13,919 nt of DNA. Source: Octopus sinensis (taxonomy: Eukaryota). The position numbers and the translations under genes were made by a program. The stretch lies in NCBI RefSeq assembly GCF_006345805.1, contig NW_021827344.1, positions 1 through 13,919 of the forward strand, in the 5' to 3' direction. Under the pieces are notes generated by a model. It worked only from the letters and a program-made list of their open reading frames with translations, did no database searches and was not told the DNA's origin. Every line of letters starts with the position of its first letter. Position 1 is the stretch's first letter. Of this stretch, positions 1-8,416 are shown in pieces.

Positions 1-131
1 GAGTTTTGGATGCCGAGGTGGAAATACACACCACCATCCAGCCATCGGAAAAACGCTATGGTTTTTTTTTTTCGATGGCCGGATAACTGAAGAGATGGTG
101 GTGTGGATTTCCACCTCAGCATCCGAAACTC
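1..131. repeat. Long imperfect inverted repeat, left arm cut by the window edge
   Basis: Positions 1-38 (gagttttggatgccgaggtggaaatacacaccaccatc) are the reverse complement of 94-131 with 3 differences. An inner arm gccatcggaaaaa pairs with tttttcgatggc. Confidence 0.9.
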
Positions 132-143
132 AGAGTTTTATCT
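81..143 (+). ncRNA. Near-canonical type I hammerhead ribozyme motif
   Basis: GGAUAA-CUGAAGA-GAUG...CAUCC-GAAAC-UCAGA-GUU^-UUAUCU. Stem I is 5-6 bp, the core is intact and stem III (ACUCAGAGU) is quasi-palindromic. The stem II register is off by one C. Confidence 0.6.
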
Positions 144-262
144 TGGTTACCGAATAATTGTCACATATTATTTTACAGATAAATTTCCTCTATTTACATA
201 ATATTGAGGTCTCTTTCTTTCTTTTGTTATCTTACCGTATTTACCAATATATATATATATAT

Positions 263-444
263 AAAGGGAAAGTTTACAAAAATAAACAAAAGACGAAGGC
301 AGGTGGAGTACAAACAAACAAATGTATTAGTATAGCGCTCAGGAATAGAAACAGAACAAGTCTTTTACGTTTCGAGCCTATGCTCTTCGACAGAAAGATA
401 CACAGAAAAGAAACAAGGAGAGAAAAAAATGCGTGTAGGAGCTA
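263..444 (-). mobile_element. Dispersed repeat, probable Penelope-like terminal fragment (copy 1), with a hammerhead-like motif at 361-398
   Basis: Homologous to 3874-3996 and 13451-13627 (tgtattagtat..gctcag...gtttcgagccta.gctcttc.acagaaag...aaggagag), with microsatellite flanks. Confidence 0.6.
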
Positions 445-1445
445 TACATACACACACACATAAGAAATAAGGACAAACACAAGTTTATATTATAGTTCCT
501 ATGTGTGTTTCACCATTATGGTTGTTTGGAGTCCAGCAATGTGTTCCAAATGCGTTTAGATAGTCAACCACAATGGATCATCAGGGAACACTTTATTGCA
601 TTAAGTTACAGATATATATATATATATAAATATGTTAATCGAAGTACATGGTATTACAGATGTATGACAGCCAATTTTTACCAATCAGTTTTGCACAGGA
701 TATTACGTAACCGGACGGTCAGCTAATAACTGCGCTCATCAGAGATGGCAGGAAATGGGGGAGGGAATGGTAACTGCTTTCTTGGGGAAATATAACTGGC
801 AGGAAATGGGGGGGGGATGTAACTGGAGGTGGGGATCTGTCACATCCAGTTTGCGGGTAGTGTGGGAATGATGAAACATAATCGTTGGAGATAATTAAGG
901 GCCCATCTCCCCACCAAACAAACATACAAGTGCCCATTCGTTTTGATTTATGAATTCTTAGATGACTACAGATATATGGATATATAAATACAGATATATA
1001 GATATATTTGTTGACAAATATATATATAAAAGATTTGGGTTTAAATTCCTCATTCCACTTAATTGTTGCACCTGGGTTTTTTGCCCTTCTCCCCACCAAT
1101 TTTGAAACCCTGTCGGCGCCCACCCTCACCCAAGAGAACTTTTGTCTTTTGCTTTGTCCTTAATTTTTCACACACACACACACACCACAAACACACACAC
1201 AAAAATCCCTGAGTTTGAAGGATGAAGGCTGTATCATCACTATTATCCCAGAATAATAATGATACTGATGCTGCTGCTGATTATGATAATGATATGCAAA
1301 TGTATTCATATATATAACTTATGAATATGTATATGTATGTATGTATATGTATCTATATACATATACAGTAGCATCCTGTCATTGAATATGTTGATTAAAT
1401 TATTTCCATTTAATTATTAATAGTTAGGGTTAGGGTTAGAACGTT

Positions 1446-1621
1446 TCAGAACGTAATGGCGGATGAAATACCTATTTCCTTACTACCCACAAGGGGCTAA
1501 ACACAGAGGGGACAAACAAGGACAAACATAGGTATTAAGTCGATTACATCGACCCCAGTGCGGATGAAATACCACTAAGCATTTCATCTGGCGTGCTAAC
1601 GATTCTGCCAGCTTGCTACCC
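1446..1621 (-). mobile_element. Third SINE family remnant: a tRNA-like head interrupted by a 3'-end fragment, with a 14-bp direct repeat
   Basis: The minus-strand head begins GGTAGCAAGCTGGCAGAATCGTTAGCACG (A-box-like). GCGGATGAAATACC occurs at 1459-1472 and 1560-1573. The insert contains CTGGGGTCGAT, also seen in the 3' body of the main SINE. Confidence 0.6.
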
Positions 1622-1672
1622 TACTATTAATTATATCATCCTAGAAACAAGTAAAAATAAATCAGCCCTCTT

Positions 1673-1678
1673 TTTATT
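1673..1678 (-). promoter_or_regulatory. Candidate TDG polyadenylation signal (AATAAA)
   Basis: TTTATT on the + strand, about 900 nt past the stop, at the edge of the apparently non-repetitive 1630-2200 block. The region is AT-rich, so a chance match is plausible. Confidence 0.25.
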
Positions 1679-2219
1679 TCCTTCAGACACAAAAGAATTA
1701 AAAAATTAAATTCTGCAACTTCTCTAGCCATGTGGATGACTTACAAGGGGACAAGGGGTCATTAAAAATTTGCAGGAGGATCAGTTAATTACGATTTTTT
1801 TCCAACATATTCCCCTCTCAGATTCACACACATATTACAGTGGTCCTTCGCTTTTTCTAAGCCCTCTAAAAGAACTTGGAAGGTTAGACCTCCAACAAGG
1901 CCCTTCATGATACCTCTTAAAGCCAGGAACAGTTCAGTACTGTATAGACATGATTCTGTTATAAAAACCACCAGGTATCTGACTAAGTATCCCACTACCC
2001 ATTTCGGTGTGAAAAAAATTTAAGCTTTAAAGGTCCTTAAATGATGCGAATTTTTGTGCTCTCATTGATACTATCAGTTATTGCATTAAGCTAATTTAAA
2101 ATTTTTCGCATTTAAAAGAATAGAAAATCTTCGTTCCACCCAAATATAATCATTAAATAAATGGAAATAATTCATGATTAAATGATTAATACACTAGTCT
2201 TTAATCTGTGTGATACCAC

Positions 2220-2472
2220 TGTGTGTGCATGTGTGTATGTACATATATATATATATATACATGCACATATTTATAGATATACAAATATACATACAAATAT
2301 ATATATATATATATATATTAATATATATATATATATATATAAATACATATGTATATATATACACATATATATATACATATTTATACATATACATATATAT
2401 ACATATACATATACACCTATATATATACACATATATATATATGTATAGTGTGCATATAAATACATACATATA
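2220..2472. repeat. Compound (TA)n/(CA)n/(TG)n microsatellite in the presumed TDG 3' UTR
   Basis: Visible directly, starting about 100 nt after the stop codon. Confidence 0.95.
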
Positions 2473-2573
2473 GGGGGGTGATAAAGTAGTAGGTAATACC
2501 ACCTACAGATGTACCCAATTTCGCTTTTCACCCACCCCTTTTCAGCATCACCTCCTCCTCACACCACCACCCA

Positions 2574-3236
2574 TCACGTGGGGAAGGGAAGGTAGTCGTA
2601 CGACGCCTGTGGGTAGTTGGTGTACTCGGACATACCGACGGGGACCGGCTGGTTGGGCGGCGGCGGGGAGAGCATGTCGAACGGCATGGCTTGGAAACTC
2701 GGAGTGGTGGACGTGGGCGGAGTAGACGTGGAGGGCGGCGCGCAAGCGGACGGGGACAACATGCCGGTGCCAGGGGGCGCACCAGCAAATTCAGACCCCT
2801 TCTCCGAGCTGAGGCCCAGTTCTGCGCCTTGCCCTACACCAGCGCTTAGGCCCTTGCCCATGGGCATCTGACCATAATCATCCGTGTCATACGTTGGTTC
2901 GGGCTTCACGTAAGATGAACTTGAAGTTGAACCCTGAAGGGGGCAATTGAGTGGGAGGCAACTAGATGGGGGCAATGGGTAGGCAGGGTTTTCTATCTTG
3001 GGAGCCTTCAGTTTCTTGCTGTTAGGGGTCTTCTCTGCTTTTTCTGTTTTGTCAACCTTCTCCGTCTTCACCTTCAGTTCGAGATCAGGGAAGCAGACCT
3101 CACTCTCATCAAGCGTCTTGATCTTCCCAACCAAGAAGTCTCGCAGCCTCCTCAGTGCCACATAAAACGGGACCTTGTCGATGGCCCTTGGAAGCTGGGA
3201 GCATCGAGCACTGGATGAGGGCATCACAAAGACTGT
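2574..3236 (-). CDS. TDG: TDG terminal coding exon D (220 aa + TGA): end of the catalytic domain plus a low-complexity C-terminal tail
   Basis: ttttttctttacag|ACA GTC TTT GTG ATG. It encodes TVFVMPSSSARCSQLPRAIDKVPFYVALRRLRDFL, the TDG signature VMPSSSARC with the base-flipping Arg, and stays open to TGA at 2576-2574. The distal tail has no homology I can recognise, so a hidden intron there cannot be excluded. Confidence 0.9.
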   Translation of the reverse strand, partial: TVFVMPSSSARCSQLPRAIDKVPFYVALRRLRDFLVGKIKTLDESEVCFPDLELKVKTEKVDKTEKAEKTPNSKKLKAPKIENPAYPLPPSSCLPLNCPLQGSTSSSSYVKPEPTYDTDDYGQMPMGKGLSAGVGQGAELGLSSEKGSEFAGAPPGTGMLSPSACAPPSTSTPPTSTTPSFQAMPFDMLSPPPPNQPVPVGMSEYTNYPQASYDYLPFPT

Positions 3237-3271
3237 CTGTAAAGAAAAAAAAAAGAAAAAATACATATATA

Positions 3272-4626
3272 TACTCTGTTGCCGAACCGCTAAGTTACGG
3301 GGACGCAAACATACCAGCAACGGTTGTCAAGCGATGAAGGAGAGACAAACACAGACACATACATACATATATACTCTTTTACTTGTTTCAGGCATTTGAC
3401 TGTGGCCATGCTGGAGCACCGCCTTTAGTCGACCAAATCGACTCCGGGACTTATTCTTTGTAAGACTAGTTCTTATTCTACGGGTCTCTTTTGCCAAACC
3501 GCTAAGGTACGGGTACATAAACACACCAGCAACGGTTGTCAAGCGATGAAGGGGAGACAAACACAGACACATACATACATATCTACTCTGTTACTTGTTT
3601 CAGTCACTTGACTGTGGCCATGCTGGAGCACCGCCTTTAGTCGAGCAAATCGACCCCACGACTTATTTTTTGTAAGCCTAGTACTTATTCTATTGGTCTC
3701 TTTTACTGAACCGCTATGTTACGGGGGACGTAAACACACCACCATCGGTTGTCAAGCGATGTCGGGGGAGACAAACATATACACGCACACACATATATAT
3801 ATACGACGGGCTTCTTTCAGTTTCCGTCTACCAAATCCACTCATAAGGCTTTAGTCGACCAGAGGCTGTAGTGAAAAAGTCCTTAACGTTTCGAGCCTAC
3901 GCTCTTCCACAGAAAGGAACACAGAAAGAAACAAGGAGAGAAAACAAAGAATGTGTAGTGGCTGGTGAGGTATCATGAATGCCAGACAGAAGGGCTAGCA
4001 CCGCCTTTAGTCAAACAAATCGACCCCAGGACTTATTCTTTGTAAGACTAGTACTTATTCTACGGGTCTCTTTTGCCAAACCGCTAAGGTACGGGGACGT
4101 AAACAAACCAGCAACGGTTGTCAAGCGATGAAGGGGAGACAAACACAGACACACAGATATATACATATACAACAGGCTTCTTTCAGTTTCCGTCTACCAA
4201 ATCCACTCACAAGGCTTTGGTCGGCCTGAGGCTATAGTAGAAGACACTTGCCCAAGGTAACACGCACTGCCTTTAGTCGACCAAATCGACCCCAGGACTT
4301 ATTATTTGTAAGCCTAGTACTTATTCTATCGGAATCTTTTGCTGAACCGCTAAGTTACGGGGACGTAAGCACACCAGCGTTGGTTAACAAGCAATGAAGG
4401 GGAGACAAAAACAGACACACAGACATATATACTATTTTACTTGTTTCAGTCATTTGACTGTGGCCATGCTGGAGCACCGCCTTAAGTCGACCAAATTGAC
4501 CCCAGGACAAATTCTGTGTAAGCCTAATACTTATTCTATAGGACTCTTTTTGCCGAACCACTAAGTTACAGGAATGTAAACACAGCAGCATCGGTTGTCA
4601 AGCGATGTTGGTGGGCGAACAAACAA

Positions 4627-4657
<31 letters not shown>

Positions 4658-4823
4658 ATATGAAAGGCTTCTTTCAGTTTCCATCTACCAAATCCACTAA
4701 CAAGGCTTTGGTCGGCCCGAGGCTATTGTAGAAGACACTTGCCCAAGGTTCCAAGCAGTGGGACTGAACCCGGAACCATGTGGTTGGTAAGCAAGCTACT
4801 TACCACACAGCCACTCCTGCGCC
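3272..4823 (-). mobile_element. Cluster of same-orientation SINE copies and fragments in the last TDG intron
   Basis: Reverse complements of the SINE 3' body at ~3272-3370, 3374-3580, 3586-3870, 3997-4268 and 4269-4430, plus a full-length copy at 4434-4823. A Penelope-like fragment interrupts the cluster at ~3874-3996. Confidence 0.85.
3874..3996 (-). mobile_element. Same dispersed repeat (copy 2), motif at 3880-3917
   Basis: aacgtttcgagcctacgctcttccacagaaagg...acaaggagag...gaatgtgtagtggct. Confidence 0.6.
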
Positions 4824-4824
4824 T

Positions 4825-4918
4825 CATCATCATCATCATCATCATTTAACGTCCATTTTCCATGCTGGCATGGGTTGGACGGTTTGACAGGAGCTGGCCA
4901 GTCGAAGAGCTGCCCAGG
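4825..4918 (-). mobile_element. 3' end of a retroposon (LINE/SINE) with a (GAT)n tail
   Basis: Minus strand ...CATGGAAAATGGACGTTAAATGATGATGATG. The same terminus appears on the + strand at ~12742-12783 (GGAAAGCGGATGTTAAACGATGACGATG) and ~7957-7990. Confidence 0.55.
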
Positions 4919-4994
4919 TGATGATGATGATGGTGATTGGAGGTAGTAGTGGTGATGATGATGGTGGTGGTGGTGGCAGGGATGATGATGATGA
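4919..4994. repeat. (GAT)/(GGT) microsatellite
   Basis: Visible directly. Confidence 0.85.
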
Positions 4995-5256
4995 ATATCC
5001 TCATTGGTGACAAACCAATCACTGACTTAACGAATCATTGATGAGTGATAAGGGACCTGCCTGGGCTTAAATCCGGAAGGAACAAATATCACAGGGGGCG
5101 ATTTAGTGATTCAACAATTAGACATTGACAAAATAAATTAATACCCTGACTGAAGCAAGTACTGTGGAGTGGGGGGGAGGAATATGCATCAGCACCACCT
5201 CCACCATTCGCTGCACCCCACCCACCCACCCACCCCCATCACACAGAGATACTTAC

Positions 5257-5333
5257 AGTTTCGGTGCCTTCAAGTTTGGCAGGCTGTTTCCCAAAAGCAA
5301 AATTTTTGCTTCCGCTGAAGATTTCGTAAATAC
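5257..5333 (-). CDS. TDG: TDG internal coding exon C, 77 nt, phase 1 to phase 0
   Basis: ctgtttcag|GT ATT TAC GAA ... GAA ACT|gtaagt. It encodes (G)IYEIFSGSKNFAFGKQPAKLEGTET, similar to TDG CIYEIFS...KNLEFGLQPHKIPDTET. The frame joins exon B (G+GT = Gly). Confidence 0.94.
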
Positions 5334-5365
5334 CTGAAACAGAACAGAGAAATAATGAAGGTGTT

Positions 5366-5475
5366 GATGATGATGATGATGATGATGATAATGATGTTGG
5401 TGGTGGTGGGGGGGGGGCAGTACACACGCGGTCGTATACACATACACATACACACACACACACATATATATATAT
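5366..5475. repeat. (GAT)n-(GGT)n-poly(G)-(CA)/(TA) compound microsatellite just upstream of the exon C acceptor
   Basis: Visible directly. Confidence 0.88.
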
Positions 5476-5833
5476 GACAGGCTTCTTTCAGTTTCCATCT
5501 ACCAAATCCACTCACAAGGCTTTGGTCGACCCAAGGCTATAGTGGAAGACACTTGCTCAAGGTGCCATGCAGTGGGACTGAACTCGGAACCATGTGGTTG
5601 GTAAGCAAGCTACTTACCACACAGCACTCCTGCACCTATATATATATATATATATACATATGTATATATACGACAGGCTTCTTTCAGTTTCCGTCTACCA
5701 AATCCACTCACAATGCTTTGGTCGGCCCGAGGCTATAGTAGAAGACACTTGCTCAAGGTTCCAAGCAGTGGGACTGAACCCAGAACTATGTGGTTGGTAA
5801 GCAAGCTACTTACCACACAGCCACTCCTACGCC
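5476..5833 (-). mobile_element. Two tandem SINE 5' modules (5476-5636, 5671-5833) joined by (TA)n
   Basis: Reverse complement of the array unit, present twice. Confidence 0.88.
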
Positions 5834-5976
5834 TTATATGTTGTGACGGAGAAAAAACACAAGAGTATCATTATAGTAGATGAAGAAATAGAAAGAAAAT
5901 GAAAGGGAAAAATATAACACAAAACGATATAAAAAGACAAAAGAAAAAAAAAAAAAAACTAAATATGGATTCTCAC

Positions 5977-6059
5977 CTTTGCCATTAAATACAGCGATTT
6001 TCGGACCATAGAACTTGAGTTTTTCCAACAACTGTTTCCCTCCATCACGGATTTCTTTC
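5977..6059 (-). CDS. TDG: TDG internal coding exon B, 83 nt, phase 2 to phase 1
   Basis: gttatttctag|G AAA GAA ATC ... GGC AAA G|gtgaga. It encodes KEIRDGGKQLLEKLKFYGPKIAVFNGK, similar to vertebrate TDG [27 protein letters not shown]. The frame joins exon A (AA+G = Lys). Confidence 0.95.
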
Positions 6060-6140
6060 CTAGAAATAACGAGCAAATATATTATTAACTCCTAATATAT
6101 ACACTTAATTAATAAGACTTTTGTCCACGGTTATTGAACA

Positions 6141-6441
6141 CTAGCAGTATCGCCCGGCGTTGCTCGGGTTTGTAAGGGAAATAACTATATAAGCATTTAT
6201 AGAGAGTTACTTCCCTTATATAAACCGAGCGAAAATGCATTACAAATGCGGAAAAATTGTGGTAAATTTTATTTTTAAATCGTAGACTCATCGTAGACGC
6301 ACGTTAATACCCAAAAGGGCTCGTTATGAAACATGACTATAAGATACTCGGTTTTGGTTAAACTGCACTGCAAAATGTGGGAGTAGTTAGGAATCTAAAT
6401 CGTAGGAGACAGACACACAACCTCACTTTTATATATAAAGA
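6141..6441 (-). mobile_element. Non-autonomous Helitron, 301 bp, canonical ends
   Basis: Minus strand reads A^TCTTTATATATAAAAGTG ... ACCCGAGCAACGCCGGGCGATACTGCTAG^T. This gives a 5' TC, a 3' CTAG, a GC-rich subterminal hairpin, insertion between A and T, and no target-site duplication. Confidence 0.82.
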
Positions 6442-7829
6442 TGTAGTTGTGTGTGTGTCTGTCTACACCGATTTTGATTCCTAACTACTCCCACATTTTG
6501 CGGTGCAGCTTAACCAAAAGCGGGTATCTTATAGTCATGATTCATATCGAGTCCTTCTGGGTATTAGCGTGCGTCTACGATGAGTCTACGATTTAAAAAA
6601 AAATTTACCATAATTTTTTCCCATTTTTAATGCATTTTTTTGCTATTATATAAGGGAAGTAACTATCTAAAAATGTATTATTAAATCTCAGAACGTAAAA
6701 AGCTACAGTAACCCCCCCCCTTTATGGTTAGCCATATTGAGATGCTTTATACTTTACATCTCTAAAAATGCTTATATAGTTATTTCCTTTACAAACCCGA
6801 GCAACGCCGGGCAATACTGCTAGTTTATATATAAAAATGTAGTTGTGTGTGTGTCTGTCTACACCGATTTTGATTCCTAACTACTCCCACATTTTGCGGT
6901 GCAGCTTAACCAAAAGCGGGTATCTTATAGTCATGTTCATATCGAGTCCTTCTGGGTATTAGCGTGCGTCTCCGATGAGTCTACGATTTAAAAAAAAATT
7001 TACCATAATTTTTTCCCATTTTTAATGCATTTGTTTTTTCTATTATATAAGGGAAGTAACTATCTAAAAATGTATTATTAAATCTCAGAACGTAAAAAGC
7101 TACAGTAACACCCCCCCCTTTATGGTTAGCCATATTGAGATGGCTATTATACTTTACATCTCTAAAAATGCTTATATAATTATTTCCTTTACAAACCCGA
7201 GCAACGCTGGGCGATACTGCTAGTTTATATATAAAAATGTAGTTGTGTGTGTGTCTGTCTACACCGATTTAGATTCCTAACTACTCCCACATTTTGCGGT
7301 GCAGTTTAACCAAAACCGGGTATCTTATAGTCGTGATTCATATCGAGCCCTTCTGGGTATTAGTGCACGTCTACGATGAGTCTACGATTTGAAAAAAATT
7401 TACCATCGTTTTTCTGCATTTTTAATGCATTTTCACTCGGTTTATGTAAGGGAAGTAACTCTCTAAAAATGCTTATATAGTTATTTCCCTTACAAACCCG
7501 AGCAACGCTGGGCGATACTGCTAGTTTATATATATAAAAATGTATTTGTGTGTGTGTCTGTCTACACCGATTTAGATTCCTAACTACTCCCACATTTTGC
7601 GTGGCAGTTTAACCAAAACCGGGTATCTTATAGTCGTGATTCATATCGAGCCCTTCTGGGTATTAGTGCACGTCTACGATGAGTCTACGATTTGAAAAAA
7701 ATTTACCATCGTTTTTCTGCATTTTTAATGCATTTTCGCACTCGGTTTATGTAAGGGAAGTAACTCTCTAAAAATGCTTATATAGTTATTTCCCTTACAA
7801 ACCCGAGCAACTCCTGGCGATACTGCTAG
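6442..7829 (+). mobile_element. Four head-to-tail copies of the same non-autonomous Helitron (to 6823, 6824-7223, 7224-7524, 7525-7829)
   Basis: Each copy ends CCCGAGCAAC..GGC.ATACTGCTAG and the next starts TTTATATATAAAAATGTA. There are two ~400 bp long forms followed by two ~300 bp short forms. Confidence 0.82.
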
Positions 7830-7983
7830 TGTATACTAAATAAATAATAGGTTTTTTTCTCCAAACTTAGTAAATATTAGATCTAACATTTTCTTTTAAT
7901 CCAACTTATTAAAATAATTACCACTTAGTAGCCAATTATGATTGTATATATTAATGCGGATGTTAAAAGGGGATGTTAAAACA

Positions 7984-8188
7984 ATGATGATGATGATGAT
8001 GATGGTGGTGGTGGAGATGATGATGATGATGGTGGAGATGATGATGATGGTGGTGGTGGAGAAGATGGTGATGGTGGAGATGATGATGATGATGACGGAG
8101 GTGGTGGTGGTGGAGGTGATGATGAAGACGATGATAATGGTAGTGGTGAGAGACATGATGATGATGATGACAGTGGTGGTGGTGGAGG

Positions 8189-8219
<31 letters not shown>
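7984..8219. repeat. Compound (GAT)n/(GGT)n trinucleotide microsatellite
   Basis: Visible directly. It generates the poly-M/V, poly-H, poly-S/P and poly-I/T pseudo-ORFs. Confidence 0.95.
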
Positions 8220-8234
8220 AAAGAAATCCCATAC

Positions 8235-8367
8235 TTGCTCAGGTCTCCGCTGCCTCTTGTTGTGCGTTCTACAATATTGGTGAACCCAATGCCATGGTTG
8301 AGCAGCTTGCTGTCATCATATGCCGTCATCGGTTCGGGAATCAACTCGGAAAGGTGTAGACATTTCC
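8235..8367 (-). CDS. TDG: TDG internal coding exon A (first TDG exon in window), 133 nt, phase 1 to phase 2
   Basis: Minus strand reads ttgttattgtag|GG AAA TGT ... GAC CTG AGC AA|gtatgg. It translates (W)KCLHLSELIPEPMTAYDDSKLLNHGIGFTNIVERTTRGSGDLS(K), matching the TDG/MUG segment WKCL..S.....DD..[21 protein letters not shown]. Confidence 0.95.
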
Positions 8368-8416
8368 CTACAATAACAAACGCAAAAAAAAATTTTTTAA
8401 ATAAAAATAGAAAAAA

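Noticed and set aside
700-745. CTGATGAG on the minus strand as another hammerhead
   Set aside because: No GAAA...UH half or stem I partner follows the small hairpin.
1424-1439. TTAGGG TTAGGG TTAG as an interstitial telomere
   Set aside because: Fewer than three units, which is too short to support a telomeric origin or function.
158-1995. ORFs 158-463, 505-726, 719-1129 and 1789-1995
   Set aside because: They mostly have non-ATG starts, the first three cross microsatellites or repeats, and none has a recognisable domain or splice support.
2182-2531. YI/IY-rich ORFs
   Set aside because: They are translations of the (TA)n microsatellite.
2528-2871. Overlapping alternative-frame and antisense ORFs in the TDG last exon
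   Set aside because: Such ORFs are expected in GC-rich, stop-poor sequence. They are short and have no recognisable homology.
3237-3320. N-terminal part of the 248-aa ORF (MLVCLRPRN...FFFFFSLQ)
   Set aside because: It is intron sequence (SINE fragment plus polypyrimidine tract) upstream of the AG acceptor at 3238-3237.
7896-8283. Poly-His, poly-Met/Val, poly-Ser/Pro and poly-Ile/Thr ORFs, including an apparent Ser/Pro extension of the TDG exon
   Set aside because: These come from a trinucleotide microsatellite. The TDG frame leaves at the GT donor at 8234 and joins exon B in phase.
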